Below, in pieces: positions 11,841 through 26,684 of a DNA stretch of 64,000 bases. A program made the position numbers and the translations under genes. The notes under the pieces are model-generated. The model searched no databases and was not told the DNA's origin. It worked only from the letters and a program-made list of their open reading frames with translations. How positions within the stretch are numbered: the first letter of the stretch is position 1; each line of letters opens with the position of its first letter. The DNA lies in NCBI RefSeq assembly GCF_006345805.1, contig NC_043002.1, positions 73,284,001 through 73,348,000 of the forward strand. The letters are read 5' to 3'. The DNA is from Octopus sinensis (taxonomy: Eukaryota).

Positions 11841-14109
11841 CAATTATATATATATATATATAGTAAGTGATTTAATTTAGAGGTGATTAGTGGGTGAGGT
11901 GGGGGAGAAAACAAAACTGAAGCATTTACATCATGGAACAACTATTTTAGCCATTTTAAAAACACACAAAAGTGTTTCACTTCACCTTTCATTTACTTCT
12001 TGAGATGTCAAACTTTTCTGCACACATTCATGTACCTGGTCAGTGACATCATCATTTCCCATTATCTCCGCCTTCAGCAGAATGCATACGGACATGAGAG
12101 ACTTGCCTCTATAGGATGAATCTATGTTATTAGACGTACCTCATGTTAGTTTCATCGGCCATATTCTTCTGTACTGCATTATGACATGTTGGAAGATGGT
12201 ATTAATTTTGGAGTTTTCCTCCTAAATTGATTGCTTTCACGGCAACTAAGGAGCTCAATCTACTCTTACAGAAATCTATTTACCCATAGACAGGACCCTG
12301 ACAGGCACAACTGTTCTAGATCAGTACAAATCTGAGAGTAATGGTAATTAAGAGGTCGCTCTATGCTCCCCACAACTGAAGAATTCCCAAACAGAAGCCT
12401 CACCACAGGATACAGTTTTAATGTCATACCCAGTTTAATGTTAGTCCCACTTCAACCTAGTTATTTCTTTAATTAGATGTTGTAGTAAAACTATGTAGTT
12501 GATAATGTTGACTAACTTATGACATTAATGATTACAATGATTACTAATTGTATAATTAATTCTAGATAACAGAAATTATTATATGGATGAAAGTGGTACA
12601 AAGTACAGCCAGCCATCACACATGAGAGAGTACAGTGTGGTAACATGTAACATACTTTTGCTAATTGTTTTACTTTAAGGTGTCTATGAAGTTGTTTCAG
12701 GTACCCATGTAGTTGCAAGCAGACATAGAAACCCTCTTGGTCCCCTCCCTCTTGATTTAGTGGAATATCCTGATGTGACTGCTGGAGGGTGGAGGGCCTG
12801 TACCAGCACCTGGTTGGTACTTTTTAAAGATGAGGAGACTGGAACAACATAAAATGAAATATCTTGCTCAAGTACACAATGCACTGCCTGGTCCAGGAAT
12901 TGAACCCACAACCTTAAAATGATGAGCTTGAACACTATAAACATTAGGTCATGAGCTTTCATGGATGAAAGTAGAAACTTAACAGTTTGGAGGTTTATAC
13001 AGTCATCAGAAGGACTGTATATATGAGGGAATTACATAAAAGAGCAGTAATCATAAATGTTTAAATGGCTGTTATTCTGTTACAGTTTAGTATGGTATAT
13101 CCACTTCTGCTTTCAGTCCTGTGTCTGAAGAACCTCGTTACTTTTGTCTGGGTTTTCCCTGGTTCTTCAATATTCCTTTCATGAGTATCTTAATGTTACT
13201 GGTCAGCACATTTTTGTAGAGTTGTAAGCTATTAATGTCACATGTCCAAGAAAGTGAAACTGGTACAGCCTCATGCCTCAAATGCCCAGTCACACTTTCT
13301 CCGTCTCTCCTTCCATTTGTACTCTTTCTCTCATATAAATCAACGTTGCACATTCAATGAATCCCTCTCAACTCACTTTCCTTTCTATTCGCTGTCCTAA
13401 TCTCATTATCAGAAAACATCATATCTCATCTATTCATTCTCTTGTACACTCACAGATAAACATTGTTGATAGTAAAAATAACTATTCTTGGCACTTTTTC
13501 CACCCCTTTCTAGACTTTCACTACAACTACCTCCAGCATTAATTTGACCACCTATATACATAACAGAGGTTATCAATAACATCCAACGAGCCATCAATGA
13601 CAGATAAGACATTATGTTCTCTCTTAGTCTATTCAATTGTAATTTGGAGAAAAAATGTTAATAATTAAAATTCAAAGATATTACGTTGGGCTTTCATTTT
13701 CAAAGTCACAAAACTTATATTTTCATGTGAAAAATCTCTATCTGATAAAAGTAGTCCCCAAACACCCAAATTTTTAAATGTTCCATCAAGATTGCTTAAA
13801 AACTATAAAGACAAGTTCCATCATGGAAGTGTCCTAGAATTGGACATCATCCTTTCAAGTCCATAAAGAAACTTCATTTAAGAAATATAAGTATTATCAT
13901 GTGATTGAGGATTTAGTCTTCAGATTCATTAGTAGCATATTACAAACAATAAAGTCTTAATTCTTTCAATGCAATTCAGGTTTTAACTGCAGCTGCAACG
14001 TGTGGGAATAAAAATAAGCTATGTTTTTTTTTTTTCTGCAAGAATATGAAGACTCAGCAGATGAAAGAAGGCATTAACTGAATCAACCATCAGGGCAAAG
14101 AGATTTTCT

Positions 14110-14326
14110 TTAACTCTTCAGCATTCAGATTATTCTGTTAAATGTAATGCTTATTTATTCACACTGTTTTGAATTAATCATGCATTATCTTATAGGTTTC
14201 AGATTTTTAATGGTGTGATTGCTAATTTTTTAAATTACAATGTAGGATGGATGTGAGAGGTAGGATCTGGTTGGATTGAAAAGAAAAAAAAAAGGAAAAT
14301 TTTTGACCAGATATGGCTGGGTTAAA
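14110..14326. mobile_element. Degenerate piggyBac-like MITE, second family
   Basis: TTAA-bounded (ttaactcttcagc...gctgggttaa). A homologous copy lies at about 26376-26600 (tcagatta...aaatgtaatgcttatttattca). Confidence 0.55.
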
Positions 14327-15840
14327 CCATCAACAATTTGAACTCTAATATATTCTACAAGTATGTGGAGGCGTGTGGATTAGTGATTAGGGTGTCAGCA
14401 TCAGAATCATAAGATTGTGGTTTCGATTCCCGGACCAGGCGATGCGTCGTGTTCTTGAGCAAAACACGTCATTTCACATTGCTCCAGTCCACTCAGCTGA
14501 CAAAAATGAGTAACGCTGCGATGGACCGGCATACCATCCAGCTTGGGCACACATACGCCATTGAAACCGGGCCCATGAGCCTGACTAGGCTTTAAAAGGG
14601 CGCATTTATTTATTTTATATTCTACAAGTGGGTTTTAGTTATTGAACTGCAGCCATGTTGAACAATGACTTTGAAAGATTTTAGTCATTATTAAATCCAG
14701 TATCTATTACATTTTCATACTTATTTTTAGTGATCTAAATTTATCAAACAACTACACTGCAATTTGCGATAACACCAATTTTACACCAGCAAACATAAAC
14801 ACTCTCTCTCACACATACATAAACAAGCTTCTGCACAGTTTCCACCAAACAATTGTCTCTTATAAGGCATCAGTCAACTACAGTAGGTATAGTAAAAAAA
14901 TTTTAAAAACTGACAATTGCGAAATTGCTATTGATTACACACAGCAGGTAAACTGAGGTATGTTTAAAAAAAAATAAAAACTGCTTAACAGCTAATCTAA
15001 ACTAAGTCTGGTCATTTAAATCCTGTATTCATGATTTTGATATGGAGATTAACAGATTGGAGATTAATGGAATTACAATCATAATTTGTCTTTCACATGA
15101 AGACGTGTGCCTGCTGCTATAGTTTAAAGATGCTACTGTATTGTCAGGAATAATGTGTAGAAGAGAAGAATGGCATTTATCTTCTGCAGCCATCTGAGTT
15201 TGTTTGGTTAGTGACGCTTCCAGTTGCAGACTGGAATGTTCTATGTTACTGATGTCAGAAAATACTAAATTATAAGATATGTGGAATTAATATTATAATA
15301 TAAATATATTCTGTGCATAGTGAAAGAGTATATTAGGACTTGTAACATAGCAACATAGGTTAGCATTGACTGTAGAGGTTTTGAATGGTTATGTATGTGT
15401 TTGTGACCACCCACAATGATGGATACAGTCTCCAGCACATTGCATGTTTGAACAGAGAAGTAAATATGTTTTGTATGTTAAAATAATGTACAAGCAAAGA
15501 CATTTTTTTCTGTCTTTCTTTTTACCGTTTGTTACTTTGTTTGATAGGTGTTTTTTTTTTTGTTATCTTTCTAAACTTGTAAACAAATTTGCAGATTAGT
15601 GAGAAGGAGGAGGAGGAAAGTAGATATTGGCTCAGTGTCAAGCAGTCACAGTTAAATTAGTTCACTAATCTCAACATGAAGTGAATATGGATACAAATAT
15701 GCAAGAGAGACCACACACACACACACATGTAGATGACAGGCAGACAGACAGACAGATAAGAGAGATAGGAGAGAACAAATAAGACAATCATAACTAAAAT
15801 GCAATGATTTGTTTAATGAATGAAGTAATATCAATAGAGA

Positions 15841-16289
15841 AGCAGGAGTGGCTGTGTGGTAAGCAGTTTGTTTACCAACCACATGGTTCCGGGTTCAGTC
15901 CCACTGCGTGGCACCTTGGGCAAGTGTCTTCTACTATAGCTTCGGGCCAACCAAAGTCTTGTCAGTGGATATGGTAGACGGAAACTGAAGGAAGCCCGTC
16001 GTATATATGTATATACATATATATATATATATGTGTGTGTGTGTGCTTAAATGTTTGTGTGTGTGTGCTTAAATGTTTGTGTGTCTGTGTCTGTCCCCCC
16101 AACATCGTTTGACAACCGATGCTGGTGTGTTTACGTCCCCATAACTTAGCGGTTCTTCAAAACAGACCGATAGAATAAGTACTAGGCTTACAAAAAATAA
16201 GTCCTGGGGTCGATGTGCTCGACTAAAGGCGGTGCTCCAGCATGGCTGCAGTCAAATGACTGAAACAAGTCAAAGAGTAAAAGAGTAAG
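15841..16289 (+). mobile_element. SINE family A
   Basis: Full-length match to 5347-5730. Confidence 0.85.
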
Positions 16290-17649
16290 CAGGTTAATTT
16301 CAAAACTCATTCTCTTAAAAGTATTGAAAAACTGAACACTGAAATGACTGCAGTGGAAAAAGAAAAAAAAATTAAGAGAGAGAGAGAGAAAAGAATGTTT
16401 TGCTAAAATTACAGAATGTTACATTAATAAAGAATTCAATTCTGTATGGATAAGATTTAAATCAGACTTGGACATCTTGCTTCCCTCATGCTACATCTAT
16501 GTCCATTTGTGTAGCATTTTGAGCGAGATTGTTGCCAGTGCCACTGGACTGGCTCCTGTGCAGGTAGCACGTAAAAAACAGCATTTGAGCATGGCAGTTG
16601 CCAGTACCACCCAGTCCAGGAAGTGAAACCATGAACTCATGATCATGAGTGCAGCGCCCTAACCACTAGGTCATACACCTTCAAACTGTACAATATACAA
16701 CTTATGTAATACATACAATGTTTGTTACATTATTGTTTTGGTGTACAGCTGGATTAATGTCAAGCAAGGACTGCTGTTGAAGATGAGAGAGTGTGCATTC
16801 AGATACCTGGAAAGCTAACATAGGAACAAAATTTAAGTGAACTTGACACATCAGTAATTTACAGCAGGAGGTGTAATTTTAAACAGCTTAGATGGTTCTG
16901 GAAGCATTAGATAAGTTTTTAGTTTAATGACATACCCAATTGTTATGGTAACATACTTAGCATTGAAACTAGCAATGAGTAAGAGGTTGGTGTAGTAAGT
17001 TCAAGGAGCAAAATTACCTCTGTTAATGTTGAAGAATTACTGTGGCTTTATGAAAAAATTGTAATTATTATCCAACTGTGAAGGAATAAGTTTTGCATAA
17101 ACTTAGGTAACATATGAGCTTCTGTGCAATAAAAGGAAGAAAAAAAAAAAGCAAAGGAAAAGAAGAAAGATATCAGATGATATAAATAGATGATTGCACT
17201 CTGCATAGATGGAGATGTGAGGTAAACCATGATGGTTGTTTTTTGGAAATGCACCATGATTTGGAAGAAATTTATCTTTATTTCTTTCAGTCATCAGACT
17301 GTAGCCATGATGGAGCTTTGAAGGGTTTTAGTCAAATAGATGAACCCTAACTGCAAAGTCACAGGGTTGTAAATAAACCAACACTGGTTGTCAAGTGGTG
17401 GTGGGGGGGGGACAAACACAGACTCAAAGACATGCACACATACATGTGTACATAATGGGTTTCCATGAAGCTTCCATCTAACAAAGCCACAAAGAATTGG
17501 CTAGCCAAGGCCTCTAGTAGAAGGCATCGGCCCAAGGTGCTACCTAGTGGGACTGAACCTGAAATTGTGTGGTTGCAAAGTAAGCTTCTTAACCACACAA
17601 CCATATTCTGTGCTTGGATGACAAAAAATAAAATTAAAAAACTGCTTGA

Positions 17650-17920
17650 AATCACTATCAGTATCATTTTGCAGCCTCTTTTCCATGTCCACTAAGGTTC
17701 AACAAGTCTTCCACAGGAAGGCATCTCACCACTTGTTTGCCTTTTGTGGGGTTCAGCCTCTTGAAATCAGCTTTGATCACTTCTTCCCAAATTTTCCCCA
17801 AGACTTTCTTTTCCACGAGTTCTTTCTTCAAGTGTTATGTAATCCAAGATTCTTGAATCACTTGGCAGTTCTCTACTCACGTGCCATCCTTAATGCATAT
17901 CACATGCCTACTCCAGTACA
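17650..17920 (-). mobile_element. Older RTE-like LINE 3' remnant
   Basis: Minus strand LGKIWEEVIKADFKRLNPTKG, followed by a degenerate RTE-type tail. Confidence 0.5.
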
Positions 17921-18304
17921 GTCTTTTCTCTTTTACTTGTTTCAGTCATTTGACTGTGGCCATACTGGAGCACCACCTTTAGTTGAAGTAAAACTGAACA
18001 AAATAATTGAAGTAAAACTGAACAAAAATTCCAACTATTTATACAGGCTGATCTGAAACTATCAGCCATCATCATCCACTTTTCCATGCTTGAATGGGCT
18101 GCACAAAATTTGCTGAGGTGGATTTTCTACAACTGGATGCCCTTCCTGTTACCAACCTTCACCTGCTTACAAGCACGGTGATATTTCCTCCATGATCTGA
18201 TTTATCTCGGAAGACTGGAAATGCAGGACATTGCTTGTATGGCAGTGACATTCTCATCAAATAATGTTAGGGTAAGAACACAGTAACACACACACATATA
18301 TATG

Positions 18305-19088
18305 TATCATCATCATCATCATCATCATTTAACGTCCGTTCTCCATGCTAGCATTGGTTGGACGGTTCAACCGGAGATCTGGGAAGCCAGAAGGCTGCAC
18401 CAGGCTCCGGTCTTATCTGGCAAAGTTTCTACAGCTGGATGCCCTTCCTAACGCCAACCACTCTGTGAGTGTAGTGGGTGCTTTTTACGTGCCACCTGCA
18501 CTGGTGCCAGGTGAGGCTGGCATCGGCCACGGTCGGATTGGTGCATTTTATGGAAGCCAGTCAAGGCGGCACTGGCTTCGGCTACAATTTGGATGGTGCT
18601 TTTTACGTGCCACCAACACAGAAGCCAGTCGAGGCGGTGCTGGCATCGGCCACAATTCGGATAGTGCTTTTTACGTACCTCCAGTCCCAGGGCCCTGGCA
18701 TCTGCCAGGTGCTAGTCATAGGATTGGTCCAATTTCGATTTCACTTGCCCCAACAGGTCTTCGCAAGCAAGGGGGGTTGCCATAGGTGCCTGTCGTCAGA
18801 TGAGGTTTGATATCGACTTTGCTTGCCTCAACAGGTCTTTGTGTGTCCAAGGGGGGAAAGGCATGCATAAGTGGGCTGGACTCACTTGTCCTGCCTGGTC
18901 TTCTCACGCACAGCATATTTCCAAAGGTCTCAGTCGCTGGTCATTTCCTCAGTGAGACTCAAGGTTCGAAGGTCGTGCTTCACCACCTCGTCCCAGGTTT
19001 TCCTGGGTCTACCTCTTCCACAGGTTCCCTCAACTGCTAGTGATTGGCACTTTTTCACACACCTATCTTCATCCATTCTCGCCACATG
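18305..19088 (-). mobile_element. 5'-truncated RTE-clade LINE (ORF2 C-terminus, 3'UTR with minisatellite, (GAT)n tail)
   Basis: Minus strand 19088-18882 reads RMDEDRCVKKCQSLAVEGTCGRGRPRKTWDEVVKHDLRTLSLTEEMTSD*DLWKYAVREKTRQDK*. The GRGRPRKTW motif is typical of RTE. CAT repeats at 18305-18328. Confidence 0.8.
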
Positions 19089-19105
19089 AACATACATATA
19101 TATAT

Positions 19106-19302
19106 ACTCTTTACTCTTTTACTTGTTTCAGTCATTTGACTGCGACCATGCTGGAGCACTGCCTTTAGTCACGCAAATCGACCCCAGGACTTATTCTATT
19201 GGTCTCTTTTGCTGAATCGCTAAGTGATGGGGACGTAAACACACCAGCATCGGTTGTCAAGCAATGCTAGGGGGACAAACACAGACACACACACACACAC
19301 AC

Positions 19303-19335
<33 letters not shown>

Positions 19336-19500
19336 CGACAGGCTTCTTTCAGTTTCCGTCAACCAAATCCGCTCACAAGGCATTGATCGGCCCGGGGCTA
19401 TAGCAGAAGACACTTGCCGAAGATGCCACGCAGTGGGACTGAACCCGGAATCATGTGGTTGGTTAGCAAGCTACTTACCACACAGCCACTCCTGCACCTA
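19106..19500 (-). mobile_element. SINE family A
   Basis: Full-length reverse copy. Confidence 0.85.
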
Positions 19501-20335
19501 TATATACACACACACACACACACAATGGGCTTCTTTTAGTTTCTGTTTACCAAATTCATCCATAAGCTCTTGGTCAACCCCAGGACTATATTAGGAAACA
19601 CTTGTCCAAGGTGCCATGCAGTGGAGTTGAACTCAGAACTACGTGGTTGGGAAGCAAACTTCTTACACGCACCCATGCCTGTGCCAACAATCACACCTGC
19701 ATAATACTTTAAAATAAAAGAGATTCTGAACCATGTAGAGTTACTACACAGACCACATTACCAGTTACATTCTGGAGATACACTGTACTGTAATCAGTCA
19801 CATGGTTAGCCGGCAAATAAAAGACGTGGTTAGAGACTAATCAGTGAGCTTGTGCCTTTTCTGTCTCAACTCGGTGCTTAGAATAAATATCTAATATCTT
19901 TGTAGAGGTGTATAGATTAGCAAGGTGTATTGATTCAATTACAAGCAGCACCAGTTAAAATTGGTGAACCAGATGTACAGCAGTTATAGTCTTAAACTGC
20001 TGAGATGACTCACTGGTGGTGGCGATGTTAGAAGAAAGGGGAGGAAGAAGAAAGAAATTGAAGAAGAAGCATCAAAATGAGAAAAAAGGAGAAAAAGCAG
20101 TGGTAGTAGTAAGTCTTCACTTTAGTGATTTGAAGGGTGTGAAATGAGTTTAAGGAACAGCTCTTACCACTGTAACAAAGAATATATATATCAATGTAAG
20201 TATGAACAATGATATACACATGCTGAAAAAGAATAAATTAAGTGTATATATTTCCTATTTTTCTTTTGCAAGATTTTTTTTTATGTGAATATATTTGTTG
20301 AAACAAATTTTGATGTGTCATAACATCAGCAATAA

Positions 20336-20747
20336 GGATCTTTTCGGTTTGAATGGCAGTTTTTAACAATTTCTAGGTAACTAAAAAAATTTTAAACTTC
20401 GTATACTGGTAAAAGGTGCTTATAAAACATCTTTTTCTCTTGGCTTTATTGAGAAAATTCTATAGTTTGTAAGATATTTGTTGTTTTTTTTTTCTGCAAT
20501 TTCAACCAATCACTGAGACTATTGAGGTAAAAAACATTCTGTGCCGTATGAATATGTCCCTCGTTTACGAAACAGATTGGGTTTATTTACATTTGTGAAG
20601 AAAAAAAGATAGCCTTTCCCCTAACCCTAACTAACCTTAACCCTAAAATAGATTGAAATGCAATAGATCGATATTAGGGTCATAATTATGGGTGACAATT
20701 TCATATGACACCGCTAGAAAAAACTGCCATTCAAACCGAAAAGATCC
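20336..20747. mobile_element. MITE with perfect TIRs of about 28 bp and an 8-bp TSD, Merlin-like, containing telomere-like repeats
   Basis: GGATCTTTTCGGTTTGAATGGCAGTTTT / AAAACTGCCATTCAAACCGAAAAGATCC. TSD AGCAATAA / AGTAATAA. Internal CCCTAACCCTAACTAACCTTAACCCTAA at about 20619-20646. 5'-GG termini with an 8-bp TSD fit Merlin. Confidence 0.8.
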
Positions 20748-21945
20748 AGTAATAACAACAGATGCACAGATTCAATTCCACTTCTTTATTGCTAGTCAAT
20801 TGGTTAGATTGGTTAAACATCTAACCAACTAACTAATCGACTGCTCGTTTGATGTGCTAGTTAAATAATCACTCAGTCATTTAACCAGCACATTAAACAA
20901 ACATTGGAGAGGAGAAATTGCTAAGTCAGTGAGGTCACAAACAGAAACGAAAACTTTAACAAACAACTGAATGATTGTTTAAACCAGCACATTAGACATT
21001 TATCCAGTTGCTTAACAACAAGAAGTAGAATTGAGCATCTGTGTGTGTGTGAGATAGAAAGAGAGATAATGACTTTCCCAAGACACAAACAATATTTCCT
21101 ATTTGCTACATCCAAAAATGGGAGAAGTCCATGACCTTTACAACTCTTCCAAGATCAAGGAGCTTAACAATATTCCATTTAAACATTTCATCAGTCTTTT
21201 ACATACCAACCTGTTTGAGATAACTTCATGTTTTATTTTACAAAACTCCATTGTAAAGAGATTTTTTTAAAAATTTAAATCAAGACCACCATAATTAGAA
21301 TCATTTTCGTTAAGTTACATTTTACATAACCAGATAAATAGCAAGAAAGTTATTTCACTGAATCCCTTCAAATTGTTATTTTAAAACTGAATTCATACAA
21401 AATATTTCTTTAAAAATACAGCCATGAAAAAGCTACAGTTGTAATACTACACACAAGATTTCAAAGCTGTTGTAAATTATGGGAAACTCTAAAGCAGTGA
21501 TTCTCCATTGAGGTCCATGTAAGATTTTGTTGTTAAAATTTATGTACAATAAATTTGGTTTTACTTTTACAATACACAAAATATCTAATTTTTTTAATGC
21601 AATTCCTAATATTTAATTATAAAAATAATAGCCAAAACAGACTATGGAACCTGGTGCAGCTCCTGGCCGCAAAATTTTTTTTCCTCACAAGACTTCCAGA
21701 CCCCAGTAATGAACTCATTTGCATACAGCCAATCAGAGATCACCTTGGCCTTATTGTCAAGTTAAAAACACACTCTACCAAGTAAACTGATTTTAGGAGA
21801 CAAGTAATTAGATTTGCATCTATACCTATTATTGCATTTTGTTAGGGCCCCATATGGTAAAGATGTGGATGGGAAAAAACGTGGGTTGAGGATGATGTGC
21901 TAGCAACCCTCTCCCCTTACTATTTTACAAAGTAAACAACACAAA

Positions 21946-22099
21946 TAACTACGCAGAGGCAGCCATGCATGAAACAAGAACAACAAGCATTCTTAAAAAA
22001 AGAAAGGAGGCATGGTCATTCCTAACTACGCAGAGGCAGCCATGCATGAAACAAGAACAACAAGCATTCTTAAAAAAAGAAAAGAGCAATGGTCATTCC
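21946..22099. repeat. 77-bp direct tandem duplication
   Basis: TAACTACGCAGAGGCAGCCATGCATG... at 21946 and 22023. Confidence 0.9.
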
Positions 22100-22554
22100 T
22101 AACCCAAGTGACCTTAGTTTATTGCCCACCACTTGTTATGCACTCATAAATTAAGGGTGAGGATGATGATAGGCCTTTTTAAACATGAATGGTTATGAGG
22201 GTCCAGCTGAGTAAAATAAAAACCAAAGGGGCCTATAAGTACAAAAAGAAAAAAAAAACTGTTTGAGAAACACTACTCTAAAATAAATTAATGTAATTGA
22301 TTTTAGTTTTGATGATCAGCAACTCAAGATACAGGATGTCATCAAAGAGATTTATACACTAATAAGGATGTAAATCATTTAATATATTTTATTTATCTCA
22401 TAGAAGTGCAAATGATTAGAACCAATCATGTGTCTTCTAATCAAATATGTCAGTTGATGTAAGTGTCATGGAGAGCAATTATCTGTCAAAGACCAACTGA
22501 ATTATTTTCCTATTATCTGAAAAAATGTGGGCCTAGCATAGTAGTTTAACTCCT

Positions 22555-22780
22555 GGCGAGCTGGCAGACACGTTAGCGCGCCGGGCGAAATGCTTAGTGG
22601 TATTTCGTCTGCGTTACGTTGTGAGTTCAAATTCCACCGAGGTCGACTTTGCCTTTCATCCTTTTGGGGTCGATAAATTAAGTACCAGTTACGCACTGGG
22701 GTCGATGTAATCGACTTAATACCTATGTCTGTCATTGTTTGTCCCCTCTATGTTTAGCCCCTTGTGGGTAGTAAAGAAAT
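22555..22780 (+). mobile_element. tRNA-derived SINE family B (Meta-domain-like GTCGACTTTGCCTTTCATCC...AAGTACC; AAAGAAATA tail)
   Basis: A/B-box-like head GGCGAGCTGGCAG / GAGTTCAAATTCC. Other copies at about 32430-32650 (-), 42825-42990 (+), 53405-53655 (-), 56340-56560 (-) and 58775-58965 (-). The superfamily assignment is from memory. Confidence 0.75.
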
Positions 22781-25700
22781 ATGATATCAACCCACTTGAA
22801 ACTGTGGTGGATTCTCTGATAAACACTTCCTGCTTTGAGGAGATCAAAATTAAAAGCTTACATCATGACAAAGTTATTTCACTAAATTTCTCATTATTTT
22901 CAAAACCAATTGAAACAAAGATAGAGTATGTGTATGTCTTAAGAAATATGACAACAAAATGATTACTGAAGTTTGTCATTATATGCTACTACCATTGCTT
23001 TCAATAGTACATCATACCATCAAATGTTTCTGTATCACAATGGAGTTGATTGTTGGGTCAAGGGGTTAGCTAGGAATATTGGTCGGAAATACTGGAGTGC
23101 TAGCGTCAAGATATGAACAAACTACACTTTAGATCAGCAGTCAAGACTTAAGCAGCTATGGCTTCCAACATAAAAATGTAAGGTAAAAATGTCAATGAGA
23201 TGAGATTTGAACGTTTGCTCTTCACATTATTAAAAAATTAGAACCCAACAAAAATAATTCCTAAATAGTGACTTGAAAAAAATGATGATGATGATAGTAA
23301 CAACAACCCTTTCATTTGACATCAAAAGAAATGATCTTAAAAAACCACTTTATAAATACAGAGCTTAATTTTCACTCCAACCCTTGTTCTACAATCTTTT
23401 CATCCTTTTTTATCTTGTTTTCCTTTCTCTCTCAAGATTGCATAAAATCAAATTTCAATTTAGAACTTTTATTTTCATACAGCTCACATCCTTTACAACT
23501 GTTAACCATTCAATTAAGGGAAAGAAAAGAATCTGCTTTACTCTCTAGAAGGAAGAAGCATTTAATACTCTTCAGTTTATTTAAAGGAAACTGCTTTCTT
23601 TTCAAATTAACATTACTACATACTTGCATAAAAACCAGATACCTGAAAGAAGGGAATGTCAACAGAAAGATACAAGCCGACACGGAAACCCTAAACCCAG
23701 TTGTGCTCTGATACTCATGTCCCTTTTGCTAGCATTTTTAAAAACAGAGTTTTGCAGCCATCTCAGAACAAATATTCAATGAAATTAAATTCTCAGATAC
23801 CATAGAATGCTATGAATAATAATGTTAAAATATAGGGTTGCGGGCTTGGTTGTACGATTAAGCGGTCCACTTCAATACCTGTGCTCAGGGCCTTAGGTAA
23901 GTATCATCTACCATAGCACACAGTATGGAATTTGAAAGATTATGGAATGACATTGTGAATATGGACATTATATATCATCATTTAATATCCGTTGTCCATG
24001 CTGGCATGGGTTGGATAGTTTGACCAGGCTGGCATGCTGCACCAGACTCCAGTCTGATTTGACATGGTTTTCTACAGATGGATGCCTTTCCTAATGCCAA
24101 CTACTCAAGAGTGTAATGGGTGCTTTTATGCACCACAGGGGCCATTTGCATGATATATATGCATGCATGGCCATGTACATGTGTATGCATCTTTCTGTTG
24201 CTAATCATGGAGAAAATTTTAAAAGATGGTGATTTAATAATGAAGTCCCTTCAGATACTTGGTCTACACTGAATTGCAGACATTCCTTTCTCTTCTTCAC
24301 TGTCCAACATGCAGGGATCAGTGACTGACCCATAGGAAACCTGTAACCAATGAGGCTGTTCACAAACTGTCATGTAAAATAAAACAAAAATATCAATCAG
24401 TCTCTCCCACCTATTAACCTCTTGTTTCTGTCACTCTAGTTCTGTTTTTTTCACTCTATTCTCTTATTTTAGCATTCTCCCCATACAGTCGAATTGGAAA
24501 AGAAGAAATTAATGAATGGAGACAAAATGGGGAACAAAAGGCTTTCTTTAGTCAGTTGGGAGTGACAGGAGGCATTCTCCGACACTGGTACCCAGCCAGA
24601 GTAGAGAGAACTCTGATCTTACTGGTGCCACAATAAAATGTACCCACTTTCTGTAAAGTGGTTGGTGATAGGAAGAGCACCCAGTTGTAGAAGCCAAGAC
24701 AAAAATGAACAGGTAAGACATGATCCCTGACCTGTTGAAAGGGAAGGGAGTAATTCTAAATAAGAGCTCACTTGAACCAAGATGACCTATCCAATCCATA
24801 CCAGCAGAGAAAAGCAGATGTAAAGGACATTGCACAATATAGTTCAGGGTTCCTTACATTTTTGATACCAGAGTTGATATGGTCATGGTTGAAATGCCTT
24901 TCATCATAAGTCTTCTTGACCAAGGTTGACTTGGGGCGAAACAATAATGCTTTAAAATCCTGAAGTTTTGAGTATGCCAGCTAACAAATTATTCAATGAC
25001 TAAAGACATCAATTTCCAAAGACAAACTGAAAACTTGTCTATAACAAATATAAACTTCAGTCTTGTCTTCCACCTCTCTGTCTCTCATATATATATATAT
25101 CAGTTGGTTTGGATCCTGTCTATTGTGGTTATTAATTTGGTAGCTTCCAGCATGTAATTGGCTAGTGGTTTACAATGTAAGAATGCTACAAAAATTAATA
25201 ATATTCCCATTTTATCATCCAATCACAAAATTAAAAACAATTTTTTAACAATATCAAGTACTCCACCATTTCAATCTCAGTGTTAGCATTCATCATGCGT
25301 GTTGTGCAGTAAAGAAATATAATAAAAGATGATGAATGAATTGTCATCATCCATTCAGCTTCTTTTATTGTGAGTGGAGTGGAGGGTGAGGGTACTAAAT
25401 TTGTTCTGATTAAATCTAGAAATTCATACTTTCATTTTAGTGTTTGCTCATTATTTTGCTTTCAAAAGCCATCTAATATTTACATTGTATACCATCTTTA
25501 TGACCATCACATCAATCTTAGCTAATTCTAAATATTGAGGATGTCAAGCAACACAAGTCAAAAGAAAAGAAAATTCTAATTCAAAATATGAGAAATTTGT
25601 TTCTTAGTCTAAAACCTCTTTTGTACTGGTTGCCCTTATAAGGAATAAAAGATATTTAAATGATGAAGGAGACTTCATTTCGTTATGTACTTCTGACTGA

Positions 25701-26638
25701 TGAGGTCATCATTCATATTTGCACAGAAAGAAATCAATTTATTTATTTTTTTAAAAATCACATCAGCAATAAGCTTTGGTCTCTTCTCAAAATGCTATTT
25801 AAGCATGAACCAATGAGAGAGTATCCCCATCCAGTCACTCAGCCTGCTAGAAATACTAGCCAAAACACCCTCAAACTACACCCACCCCCATCATCTTTCA
25901 AAATGGACACATGGACTATGAAAGGATTTATACACTACGCCTGAAGAAAGAAAAATGAGGATAGAATGGTCACAGCTTACTGAAGCAGGGATGACTAAAG
26001 GATAAAAACTAGTTAGTACATGCATACATGTACAAGTAAAAGAAAAAGAAATCCCATTTATAATCCTGAAGCTATATATATATATATACATATATATGTA
26101 TACACACTGACTGAAAGCCTCACCTCAAATTAGTTACAGTGGCATTGTCAGTGACCAGGTTGCAGTTGGTATGAGGAAATTTTGTCTGTGTGCTTTTGAA
26201 TGGCCTATGTCTTCTATGCTATAATTGTTTTAGTTTCAACAGTTTCAGACCAAATCACTATCAGTAAATGTCATCCATATTCATGTGATAATTAAACATT
26301 AATGATTCATATACTGGAATAACTGCATTTCATTAAAAAGGACTGAGAAATTTGTATAAAGTTCTGCATGACTTTTAATCATTTAGCTTTCAGATTATTG
26401 TCAAATGTAATGCTTATTTATTCAGATTCTTTTGAATGCATAATGCATTAATCTCATTGCTTTGAAATTTCAATGACGTGTTTATTCATCTATGGAATGA
26501 CATTGTCAGGCAGATGTAAGAGGCTAGATCTAGCGAGCCTGAATATAAAACAATATTTGGGCCAGACTTGGTTGGTTTAAACACTATATGGCTAGCAGTT
26601 AACCCAGCATTAAAAAAAAATCAAACTTACAACTCTGG

Positions 26639-26684
<46 letters not shown>

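Noticed and set aside
12040-12114. AG/GT-bounded open segment on the minus strand
   Set aside because: The translation (RGKSLMSVCILLKAEIMG...) resembles neither fascin exon 2 nor any family I recognise.
23625-23643. Possible 19-nt minus-strand micro-exon (ttctttcag|...|gtatgt)
   Set aside because: Splice-like motifs only, with no fascin similarity or other support.
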